A DNA stretch of 59,274 nucleotides, counting the filler, from Dimargaris cristalligena (taxonomy: Eukaryota), in assembly GCA_003614675.1 (NCBI GenBank). It is 2 parts of 2 records of this genome, joined end to end, with 100 filler letters (N's around TTAATTAATTAA, not from the genome) between each part and the next. Parts side by side here need not be neighbours in the genome. Positions count along the whole stretch, not along the records: positions 29,707 to 59,274 come from ML002481.1; 1 more part is not named here. One strand, written 5' to 3'. A program made the translations under genes and the position numbers. The first letter of the stretch is position 1, and each line of letters begins with the position of its first letter. Under the pieces are notes generated by a model that was not told where the DNA came from, searched no databases, and was given only the letters and a program-made list of their open reading frames with translations. Positions 41,769-53,150 of the stretch are shown here, in pieces.

Positions 41769-44029
41769 TTAACGACCCCGGCGTTCCAGAATGTCGTAAA
41801 ATGTGAAAGTGACGGTCGCGATAGCCGTCAACAGCAGGAGGTTCTTGGGGACAATCCCGTACAAATTCTGGATACACGTGGACACCACGCAAACCGCCGA
41901 AGCGGACCACGAGCCGGTGTGGGTGGTGCAGCAGCCGGACAGGGGTAGCAGGTACAGAGGGTGGGCCGCTTGGGCCTGGGCGACCGTCAGTCCGCCTCCC
42001 CCCCACTGGCTGCCGGGTACCGGGGTAGTGGTGGGTATAGCAGCATCCATGGGGGGCTGGGCCAAATGGGGGTTGCTGAGGATGGATGTCTGGGGGTCAC
42101 CACCGAACAGGAAGATCAGGGCAAACCGAGCGAGGGCGAAACTGAGGGGGTGGACGGAGAAAACGGAGGGTTGGTCCGCGCCCCAGTGATTGCTGACCAG
42201 GGGGGAGGTGGTGGTGTTTCGCGAACTTCGCAAATTATACAAGTCCCCTCCCCGGCGGTGGGAGGCGGAGGGGGTGGCCGGGACACTGAAACTAGCCTCG
42301 GCGGATTCGGCGGCGGGACGGAGGAGCACGGACAGAACGTAGGGTACTGCCGTAAGCAGCAGCAGCCACGATAGGAACATGGCCCATAGGGGAGAGAAGT
42401 GGGTCAGGACGGTCCAATCGGGCACCCAGACGATCCGCTCATCCATAACTTGGCCAGTGGTGTAGAATTTCCAAGGCCCCAGGGACACGGCCCGCAGGGG
42501 CGTACACTGCACCAGGAGTACGAATAATTCAATACCTAGACACAGGGCCAGGAGACCCCGGGGGGTCGAAAACCGGCGCTGGACCTGGCGGATATGGTTC
42601 TTGAGGGAGAAATCACGGGCCATGGCACAATAGGTCGACACGGGCGTTTCGGTGAGGTGTCGCAGGCGCTCGGTAGTGGCCGACAACACCCGTTGGGCGG
42701 CCTGGTCCATGGGACTGGACCAATTATTACCGCTAATAAGGCTTTGGGTGGTAGAGAGGAGGTCCCCCTCCTTGGCTCCAGTTCCCGCTTCAGGTTCGGT
42801 CTCGCGGGACAGACTGGCACTGCGCGAGCGATTCCGAACTCGTTCGCCAATAGTTTGCGGCGTATCCTCGGTCAGCGGTTTATCCATCAGCATAGGCTGG
42901 ATAGTTTCGGCGACATCAGCAGCGGCGGCCGTCAGGCTATCGCGAAACTGGGATGCACTACGTTTCGCGGAGCCCAGCACTTCGGACAGCTGTTTAGGGG
43001 TGGGGGAGAGATCCAGGGACGACTCGATGTGTTCGGACACCACGGCACTGGCTTCGGAAATCTTGTTCGCCACTCGATCCCGCAATTGGCGCATTTGGGA
43101 CAGTGGGGTGTCCGGGGCTTGTTCGCCGGTCCCTAGTTTAGGGGGTGGGGTGGCGGATCTTGCGAGAGCCTTGGGGCTTCCCCCGTATGTGGAGCGGGAT
43201 GGAGAACCACCGCGGGTCTTGGAGCGTGACCGGGTGGTACGAGTGCGGCTGACCGTATTTGGTGCGGACTCTTCTTCGTATTCGATACTCAGTTCATCCA
43301 GCAGCCATTCATTGTCTTCGATAAATCGGCTGGAAGATGTTTAGTTAAATGGAGTTGAGGATAAGCGTCCGAAATTGAGACCAAGGGCGCGGTGGAATAG
43401 AAGTAGGGGTAAATATGATAGCCATGTATAAAAAGTGCGGAGGGTTAGAAAACCCCTTTAAGCTGCCTATTTAACAATAATTAAAGTGTGTGCAACATCG
43501 AAGCGGAGTTTTAAACGGTTTTGAATGAGCCAGTATAACCTACCGTACACGGGACTCGATTTCGGTGCGGTAACCAACAGTATCCAAGCCCAGCCGCTCT
43601 GCCAACTCTAGGGTTAAAAAGACGTAGGATTCGGTGTACATGAAAGGGAAAGAGTAGGACGGAGTTAGGATTGATTTAGAACGGTTTCCGATTAAGACAG
43701 CGTCTACCCGGGGAAGCTACCATCGATTTAGCACTATTGGAAGTCGATCGATAATAAGGTTCTCTCCCAGCGAGCCCCATTGATCACTTGGGACAGGGTC
43801 GCACAGCCCGACGAAGTGCGATCATACGGCACATGTAAGCAAGCTTGAAATGTATTTAAGAAGGTACAGAAAGTAACCAACCGGTCGGGTGGGGCCTTGC
43901 CACCATACTTGAGTTACTAGATTCATTAGGGGTTTTTTATGCTGTAGGGACCAGTTCCTTACCTTTAAGGCCCTTCTTCGAGTAGGCCTTTAAACGTGGG
44001 GTTTTGGGGAGAGCTACTTTGTTACTCAT
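41769..44029 (-). CDS. Gtt3-like (nuclear-periphery) membrane protein with N-terminal SAP/HEH-like helices; exons 43963-44029, 43544-43607, 41769-43329
   Basis: Spliced MSNKVALPKTPRLKAYSKKGLK|ELAERLGLDTVGYRTEIESRV|RRFIEDN joins in frame to the 441-aa ORF. The TM region with VPDWTVL..W..FLSW, HPLSFALAR and VP..LLTAI..FY resembles the fungal Gtt3 family (from recall). Confidence 0.65.
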
Positions 44030-44468
44030 GGTGGAGGCGGATGTAAGCGAAATGAATCGACTGGAATATAATGGAATGGAATGGAATAAAAGGAGGATGT
44101 TCGCAGCAGAAATGGGGAAGCGGATAGTGAAGATAAATGATAGAAAAGGATAGGCAGCGGTTAAAGGAGGGGAGGGAATAGAACAGGGGCAGTGTGTGTT
44201 GGACTATTTAGCCAGGAGAAAGAAAGAGGAAAGCAAGAATCGCCAACCCAAAAAGAACCAAGCAGAAGCCACGCCAGTTAATGCAACTCCGAAGCGACGC
44301 GTGTAGAGGGCCAGGGTTAGAAGCAGCACCCGGACGCGTTGGCTAATGCACCGTTTCTAACCTAACAACGGGTCCCTGGGTGTTTCACTTATTTTTGGGG
44401 TGAAAGCCGGAATTCACTCCTTTTTCCATACTGCACATTCACCATCAATGGCCTTCTCGCATCTTACA

Positions 44469-44567
44469 CTGTGAAGCAGATAATGAATAGTGAAAAAAGA
44501 GCTGTGAAGCAGATAATGAATAGTAAAAAAAGAGCTGTGAAGCAGATAATGAATAGTAAAAAAAGAG
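44469..44567 (+). repeat. 33-bp tandem repeat, 3 copies
   Basis: CTGTGAAGCAGATAATGAATAGTRAAAAAAGAG at 44469, 44502 and 44535, with a single mismatch. Confidence 0.97.
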
Positions 44568-45350
44568 GCAGGCCACTGCTAAGAAAGAGGGGGCAAACCA
44601 CTGCCAAGAAAGAGGGAGGCAGCGGATTCCACCCTCCTTCCAGATGTCCTCCGGAACGCGCCTCAGCCCCCCCATCTTGACCATCCACCGCCCCTTTCAT
44701 AATTTAGCTGGCCCATTAAGGGGCAATGGCTCTCGTATATTGACTTAATCCTCCAGCCCCTTTCCGAAAAGAATGGTCCATTATTTAAGAAAAAAAGCTT
44801 AAGAAAGAGCAAGGGGAGGCTGCCACTTTTTCCATTGAATTATACCACCCGTCATATGATGTAGCACAGACATCCCCCAGTCTTAACCAGAAGTGGTATT
44901 CTGTATTACATGGTCCCGGTCAGTAATATAACCAACGAAAGTGGTAGAGTGGTCCTTTACAATGTATTTTCCAGGGCATCTGTATGGGCTGTGTAACCCC
45001 CAACCAAGTACATTTCTACCCCAACGTCTGTCAGCGTATTCATTAAAAAATGTGGACCGTCAGGACATACTGAAACCAAACGGACATTCCCTAAACAAGC
45101 CGACCGGTAGGTTTACCACCTGATCCATAAAACCAAATCAAACATTCGCGAAGCACGGCTCTTTCATTATATACATACGTGTGGTTATTAATAGTTCCCT
45201 GTATCTGAAGAAACGGTTAGTTAGGTGCTCGAGGAGTCATATTTCCAAAAGAGACAAACCCCTACTAATTATACATTTAAAAAACTTTACCCAGGCCCCT
45301 TGCCCTGGTTAAGCGCGGATTTGGACCATTTCACCCTAATTGCTATTGGT

Positions 45351-45933
45351 CTATGCAGCAGGGGGTAGTACGGGGCGTAGCGGGCCAGGCTGATCGGGGT
45401 CTGATGTCCACTGGAACGTACTCATATTGGGTCGTTCGACATATTGCTTGGTGTGTTCCCCTACCCGCTTGACCGATCCGTACTTGAGTACCGTTAGTTG
45501 CAACGAGCCCTTGAAAAGGCGTGCCTCGCCGCCCGTAATATGGACAATATCGCCTACCCGGAAATGTTCCCCCATTTCGCCCCAGAGGGACATTAAAATA
45601 GACCCGGTGGTATCGGCGACTAAAAAGGTATAAATCTTCATCTTATCCCGGGTAATAACGGGTTCGTGGGCTAGAGGGACACACGCATATAGGCAGGTTT
45701 AGATAAATAGAGATGTCCCGTTGCGGTAGGTAAATTGATTGGCCATTAATAAAGTGCGCGATGATGTAGGAGGGTTGTGGACCTCAGTGGAGGAAGGGGG
45801 GACTCGGAGGATAACGGAAGGGTTACTACTTACGCACTTCAATGATGATGACCTCGCATTCGAACCCCCGGAGCATAGGGCGTAAATCGCCCACGGGAAT
45901 AGTCCGAGGTCCGCCGCCCGAAAAGCCCGACAT
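45351..45933 (-). CDS. SOSS complex subunit B (hSSB1/NABP-like) single-OB-fold ssDNA-binding protein, 139 aa; exons 45834-45933 and 45351-45670
   Basis: VGDLRPMLRGFECEVIIIEV|PHEPVITRDK..FLVADTTGSILMSLWGEMGEHFRVGDIVHITGG..LFKGSLQL..GSVKRVGE....YVERPNMS closely parallels hSSB1 (VADKTGSINISVWD..PGDIIRL..VFKGCLTL..KIGEF..YSEVPNFS). Confidence 0.87.
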
Positions 45934-46667
45934 ATTAGGTGTGTTGGTGGAAGGTGTGCCGCGGGTGTAACGTCGTCTACCGTGTGTCAGTAGAAGGCAC
46001 GGTTACGACTGGAGAGATTCGTTAGGTTAGTGGAAATGAAGACGGGAATGGACCGACTGACCCGTATGAAAGCAATGGGGAAGAAAAGATTGGGAGGGAA
46101 TGGGTGGAGAGTTTGTGAAAGAGGAAGGCGAGAACAGTAGCATATAGTCACCGCCCCCTTTCCCTTCTTCCCTTAGCCAGTTGTTGTTAGTGGGCATATA
46201 CTGAAGTGGACTATTGGGGTTACTGAGGCTGCAAAAGCCCTGCCTAAAATAACAACCACCTCCAAAACTTGACTGTCTCCTCCAATCGCCCTGTTTGGGG
46301 TGCTTATCTAAAAAAATATCCCGCTGCATATATGGATAGCATAGCATATATGGCTGCCACCAAAGAAGAGTCTATTTTTGACTGCAGTCGGGTTGCTCCC
46401 TTACCACAGTATAACGTCTCTTCTCCACTCTGTCTTTTTATATCCCCTTTTGATATTCTTTCTGTGCAACCGACCCCTCTTTCATTCACGCGAAGTCTCC
46501 GCCGAAAAACCCACCTCATTCGCCCCGTTGTCCGAGTCATCTGTCCATCCGACACTCTAGCGACCTACCCACCCCCATCCAACCCCACTTAGCGCCAGTC
46601 CGTCGCTCAGTGGTTGTTGGCCTCGAGGCCGCCGGTATTGCGTATACCCTCTCTCTCACTCGCTACC

Positions 46668-49600
46668 ATGGTCTACGTCAACCAGTTTCTCGTAGGTGTC
46701 CCGTTGCTTAAAAAAATATTTCGGATTCCTCTCGGTTCGAATGGAGCCGGGTTTGTGTTATGCTGGGTCGGCCCACAACCCCATTTACACTATATGCAGC
46801 CAGCCCCACCTCCCCGGCTATATTGTGTTACTAATAATATCACCATGCCTCTCATTAATGGATTATCTTAATTAATCTACCGTAGGGCGAGCATCCCCAG
46901 CTTACGTTCAACGCCCTCTCTAACCGAATTCGCCGAGCCACCACACTCAATCTCGACTTGGCCGATTATTTCCGGGAAAGGTTCGTGATTTCTTACCCCT
47001 CCTTAGCAGCTTGTTTTAGACTGCCATCGGCATCTCCCATATTCATGCTCCGCTAAAGGTATATAGGGCGTATACCATGATTCACCATCAGTAAGGGATA
47101 CTGGTCGGACAATCGATCAAGCGACGCGCTGCTGGGCAGTCTTGCTAATGTGGCGTCAATTAATGCTCTCAAGTACAGCAACCCCTCCTTTTTCGTTACC
47201 AAATAATATGGCTGCCGCCCCCGATCATTCCTAACCACGACTCGAGATTTATTGATACCTTTCCGCTTTATATATCCCAGAGCCAGTATCGAAGAAGCCC
47301 ACGTTAAGCAATTACAGAAACTAAACCGTAAGGTTTTTATCTCGGACCCCTCATTCCTTGGGTAAGATTAGTCATCGCCATGCATCTATTTTATACAAAT
47401 CAGTCGCGAGCCCTTGTCTTAAGTCACTGTTGTTCTCCAAAGTATTTAGATACTAGGTATGTGGTTATAAACAGGTGACGGTTCCCTTGTTCCATTACCG
47501 TCTTTCTTAACTAACCATTACAATCCACCTTATTTTTTTTGTTGCCATCGGTTCTCTGAACTACGCCTAATCTATAGCCAATTAGAGCCCTTATGGACCG
47601 CCCTCTACGATGAGGTTCAGGCCAGCATTGAGCTACATGCGGAGGTGGCCTTTAAGATCGCCGAGCACATTGAAAAACCACTGCGGGAGCGTATGAACGA
47701 GGACAAAAACTGGCAGGTTCTCAAGAAGGTAAATTACTCTGACATCTCGTGTATTCACTCTCCGAAAAAGAAACAGTCGATTGATTATTAAACCGGTGGT
47801 TCCATCGATTGCTGTCTGCCAAAGGTTCCGTATATTAAGCTCTCGTACCTCTAACCCCCCTATCTCCGTATACCTAACCTACCCCCCCCCTTAATCTGCG
47901 CTGTTACATCCACTTGCTGCCTCCAGGCCCAGATCGGGATGAGTAGCGAAGTCAAAACCTTCGCTGAAAAGGACTCGAGAATCGCCAAGCTTAAAAAAAC
48001 CATCGAGGAACGCAAGTCCTCGCGTAAAGCCCACACTGCCTCCGAGAAGCTGAACAATACCGCCATGGCCTTTGAAACTAGCAAGCAGCATTGGAAGGAA
48101 AATATGCAGCCCGTAATTGAGCAATACGAATTGGTGGACCGTAGTCGGCTGGAACTTATCAAGGCCCTTGTGGCCGGGTTTGAAGACCTACAAATAGTCA
48201 AATACCGCCAGCGCACACAGGTAAATCGATGGTCTTTTTGAATAACTGTTCAATGACCCCATGGCTAGGCATTGCTATCATTTATAATTCATTGTTGTTC
48301 CCATCTTTTTGTAAAAACTGACTGGGGGAGGCCCATTGTCATTATCATGCCCTCATTAGATTGATTATCTGCCCAGTAACAGTACTAATTTCGTATTGCC
48401 AATGTGTCTATATTCTTCAAATTCCCTCTCCTATCATCCCCCATTATTAGCAAGCCGAGACTGTCAAAAACGTGGCAGCTCGAGTTGATGTCGAGGAAGA
48501 CCTGCGGCAAGTGTGTCGAGATCGAAAAATACTTGCTGCCTGGGTCCCCAATCGGGCATCCCACCGGGATTCCGGGATATTCAATCTCCCACGCCGGGCC
48601 TCTCTCAAATCCAAAAGCGAGTCCCCTCTTTTCCCAGCCAGCCCCTTGCCGAGTCTGACCCTGCAGCGCGGTGTTGCCATGTCCAGTCCTCAGCCTACTC
48701 GACCCGACTCGCCCGATTTTAGGGGCAGCCCGATCTCCCAATATAGTATACCCGTGTCAAACAAACCACCTCCCCATGCCAGTCCCGTTCCGTCGACTGC
48801 CACCTTACCTGCTGCTAGGGCGACCTCATTTACCTCTATAGTGACCAACAGTGCTTTTACCGAAAACCACTACCCCCTGGGTGATACTACTGCTCCCATG
48901 GATCTCCCCGCCCAGTTTCCGGTTGCTAAAACCGAAACCACCCCGGTTAACCACAGGTCTAGTTTAGGCCTGAATGCGGAAAGTCGCGAGAGCGAGGGCC
49001 CCATATCATCCCGCTTACCTCCGTTGGTAGCCAATGTCGATAATTTCTACTCGGACGACAGTGACCAGGAGTCTACCAACACCACCAATCAAACCCCCAA
49101 AGTCAAGTTCAGCATCAAGAGCGATCGGATTCAGGAATCGTCCGAGCAGAGCGCCCTAGCCTTATCCCGTCTTGCAGGTACCCTTCGATCATCCCCATCG
49201 GTGCGGCGACGTGGCCGGCGGGATATGACGGCGGGACTCTACGAGAAAGCCGGAGAACAGGGCAGTGCTCCTAACCTGACCCAATGGCCCGTGGCGTCCA
49301 CGAGTAGTCTGTCCCTACCACCCCCTATTGGGGCGGTGTATACGTCGGCTACTTCCTCCATGTCACTGACGAGTATCGGCGTGATGTCCAATCCTAGCAT
49401 GACCTCGACTCTTCGCGACGTTCCGTCGCCTTTCGGTGCCTCAGTTGCCACGTCGCCTTCTTTGTCATCCGCTGATTTACCGGGTACGCTGACCTGTCTA
49501 AGGGAAGAGGCTTTGCATGTACGGTGTTCGGCAGAGGGTGTAGAGAAGGTGATTATTACCGGTGAAATTAAACTCCGCCTGACGAACGTGGGTCGGAACG

Positions 49601-50922
49601 ATATCCGAGACCTCCCCGTCCGGTTGCATCACCGCACCTATTTGGAAAATCTGATCATTAACCCCAAGTATCTATCCCGACCCCTGGAGACTGCGTCTTC
49701 CTCTCCGGTCCCGGCTTCGTCTTCAACCGGCCCGGCCTCCGATTTGTACCACCTAACAGTCGAAGGCCCGTCCGCTGTTTCTTCTTCCTCTTCGGAACGG
49801 TTCAGTGCCACGGTTGTACTGCTTAAATACCAGGAAATTATTCCCGATCACGAAAAGGAGCGCTTCACCCCGTTACGTCTTTCGGCCATGTGGAAAAATC
49901 ACGACTGGCAAACGTCGCTGTTGGTGACATACGAACCCAACCCCATGTTCGGGATTGGAATCACCCCGAGTCGGACGGAGTGGGAGTCAGTACCAGGAAC
50001 CGGGGCGGGGCCGGCATCACCCGCCGATCCTACCTCCCTTACCCTACAGCAACTGAGCGTCACCGTGCCCCTGAAGGGCCAGGTCCAACAAATCATCACT
50101 AAGCCCGACGGGCGCTGGAATGCGGAAAAACAACGACTGACGTGGTTCTTGGGACCAGTGACCCCCTCCGCTGCTTCCACCGGTGCCCTATTACCGCCAC
50201 CCCCGTCGCTATCGACCACGTCCGTGCCGTCATCGCCATCGTCGCCTGTATCCCCCTCGTCGCCATCATCCACCGCCACCAAGCTGCTCCTGCGGGCCCA
50301 AACCCAGATGGACTGCGCGCCCACCCCCATTTCGGTCCAATTTACGGCTCAACCGGGTCGACTTTCCCGCATTCGGTTCACCATCGAAACCCCCACCAGC
50401 CACCGGCCCTTGGTCCTGGCGGAGCCCGAACAGACCCTCCGGGCGGGTAAATACCTGGTCATCCCACCGATGCATCCCCTTAAAATGCGACCTTCCCTGA
50501 CTAACCTATCCTTCGCGAGCTTCCCCTTTCCATCCACCCCCTCGCCACCGTTACCCATCATCACCACCACCACGACCGCTAGTAGTCTGGAATTGACGGC
50601 TCCCTCCTCCCCGGTGACGAGTCCCCTGCCCCTGTCGATCATTGCATCCATTAACTCGGCCACTGCCGCTGTCGCTCTGGCACCGACAGGTCCCGTCGGT
50701 GCCGATCAAGAAGACGGTAGTCGAAAAGGTTCGGTCAATTCCCTGACCTCTCCGGTGACCCCGGGAACAGCCACCATTGAATCGGGCTTTCCGGATGCTC
50801 AGCTCGAATTAACGGAATCGGAAACGGGAACAGAGATGAAAACGGAGCCCACTCCTACACCTGAATTGCCACAGGGTGCCACAGATCTGCAAGTATGTTT
50901 GAAGGAGGAAGCACAGGCTTAA
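46668..50922 (+). CDS. SYP1: Muniscin Syp1/FCHo endocytic adaptor (F-BAR + mu-homology domain); exons 46668-46691, 46886-46980, 47281-47361, 47578-47728, 47927-48220, 48451-50922
   Basis: Six exons splice in frame: MVYVNQFL|..LADYFRER|ASIEEAHVKQLQKL..LG|QLEPLW..; W..IEQYELVDRSRL. A Ser/Pro-rich middle is followed by the mu-HD motifs ITGEIKL, LLKYQ, PLRLSAMWK, TKPDGRWNAEKQRLTW and LRAGKY. Confidence 0.85.
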
Positions 50923-51751
50923 AAAAAAATAACTCTAGGTCGCCAAACTGCGACCTCCTATTTTTATCTTTTTTCGATTTATGAACACAGTCTTTCACTT
51001 TATTTTATAAAAAAAAACATTCCGCTTACCATAGATTCATCAATATAATTACACCTTATAGAGTTGAATCGGTCTACTACTATATCTATCCAATTTCAAT
51101 AATGATCCGCTATGAATAGGCATTATTAGTATTTTTCCTAAAAACAACTATAATAATACAAATCACATAATGGCGGGTAGACAAATGACCATGGCCTAAT
51201 GCGGCCTATCTTCACTTTTGGCATCTCACCACTTTGTACTATTCCAACCGTTTTGGTATTTTGTTTCTTAATAAGCTAGGGTTACGACTATTTAATGGTT
51301 TTTCGGTTATTTTCAGAAAGCGGTTTAGCTAGTTATGTCTTCGTGATCATATCCCACGTCTCCTAACTGGGTGGGTCGGTATCGTATCACCGGCGCGAGG
51401 CAACAATTTGAATTACTATTATTATTGACGAGCGAGTTACGAAATGTTTATTCTGGGTTCACTGCCTAATTATTATTATCACATTAGGTTGTAATAGAAA
51501 TTTATTAATATTATCTTTTATATAAAAAAGAAGAGTCTACTGGGGTTTAGCATTTTCGTAGTCATAAAGTATGTATCCGTCAGATTAAAGACAGCGTCGA
51601 TTCTAATGAGAACGAGGGGGATGGTAAAAACCAAGGGGGCAACTAAGCACAGTTGGCACTTATAACTGGAAAACAGCGATGGTCGCAATTTATATCCAGC
51701 CAATATTATAAGGCGGGCGATGGTCAGCCAGGGGAGGCCTAGCTAAACCCA

Positions 51752-51780
51752 CCAAATCCAAATCCAAATCCAAATCCAAA
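51752..51780 (+). repeat. (CCAAAT)n hexanucleotide repeat
   Basis: About 5 tandem units. Confidence 0.85.
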
Positions 51781-52073
51781 GCCATCGCTATTTATTTACT
51801 GGGGTGAGACGATCGCTGTCCTGCAGCTCGTGGTCCTCATGCACCAGAAGTAATAGCCGTGAAGCAATATATAGCATCTCTCATTTTGGCTATGGAAGTG
51901 GCGGTTGTAATAGTCCCAGGGAAGCATGGGACCGTCCGAGGATAAATCAGCGAAGTGGCTGCATAGTATTCCATAACGATAGCCACGCCGACTCCCTCCT
52001 CTGCCTTCCACTCGCGCTTATACTATCTTGACCATCGGAATTCTCTACCCAATTCTTTGATAGTTCCCCCTCC

Positions 52074-52501
52074 TTAACGCAGTTCAGCGAAGTTCTGGGT
52101 CCAGAAATCACCGACCCGGGCGATGCCCATGGCGGTATACGAAGCGCCCAGAATATTGGCGCGATGCCCGGTTGAGTCCATCCACCCGTCCACGGCCGCC
52201 TGTTCGGTTTGGGGACCCCGGAAGACATTTTCCCCAATGTTAGCCCATTTAATTCCGGCCGCGGTGGCGCGGGTACCTAAACTACCGGCGGGGTTGTCGT
52301 GGGTCATGGTGTCGATACTTTTTTGGTACACGGATTGGGCTAGCGCCAGTTGGGTGAGACTGGTGGAGAGGACGAGGGGGGAGAGACCGGCGTCGGCCCG
52401 GTGGCCGTTGACGAGGTCGAGGACCAGTTGTTGGTTGGCGGTATTTGAGCCATTGTCCGTGGACGGAGGAGGGGAGGTTGGGGTTGAGGATGGGGTGCTA
52501 C

Positions 52502-52533
<32 letters not shown>

Positions 52534-53150
52534 CTGGAGGTGCTCGTACTGCTGGTAGGCGTGGTGGTACTGCTAGTAGTCGTGGGGGTAGGTGTGGTAG
52601 TAGGCGTGGCGATGGGTGTAGTTGAAGCCAGCGGAGTCGTCGAAACCGAGTCGGAAGCAGCCGCTGCCGTGGTGGTAGGGGTAGTGCTAGTCGTAGCCGG
52701 GCCCACTAAGCAACCGATAGCCTGGGCCCAGTACCGACCCAAGTGGGCCACGCCCACCTGACAGGCGCGGGGATCCAACAGGCGCACCCGGGTATCCGGG
52801 TTCGCCAACCACGCCTTGACCACTCCGGCCTCATTAGTGTCACCCAGGGCCAGATTTTCTTCCGCATAGGTCAGTGCATGGCCCTGATTTTCCAGCCGAG
52901 CGGTCAGATTACCGGCGGGGTTGTCGTGGGTGAGTTGTCGGATTTGGTTGAGGTACTGGACTTGGTGGTAGGCGTCGGTGGTGAAAATGTCACTGTAGGT
53001 GAGGTTGGTCACCCCTGCGGAGGAACGCGCGACGTTGATGTAGTCCATGATGGCGGTGACATCCAAAGTGGACGTGTTGCTGATTAAGGGAGCGGCCAGC
53101 AGTCCCGAGATCATACCCATGAGGGAAACGGTAGCACTGAGAAACTTCAT
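52074..53150 (-). CDS. Secreted CAP/SCP (PR-1-like) protein with two CAP domains and a Thr/Ser-rich linker
   Basis: Signal peptide MKFLSATVSLMGMISGLLA. Domain 1 is INVARSSAG..THD..EENLA..KAWLANPDTR..YWAQ; domain 2 is VNGHRADAGL..THD..GENV..GWMDSTGHRANIL..FWTQNF. Confidence 0.9.

Noticed and set aside
44469-44567. 33-bp repeats as a CRISPR array, or the short repeat-encoded ORFs as genes
   Set aside because: The units are head-to-tail with no spacers, there are no cas genes and the context is eukaryotic. The ORFs arise because the unit length is a multiple of 3.
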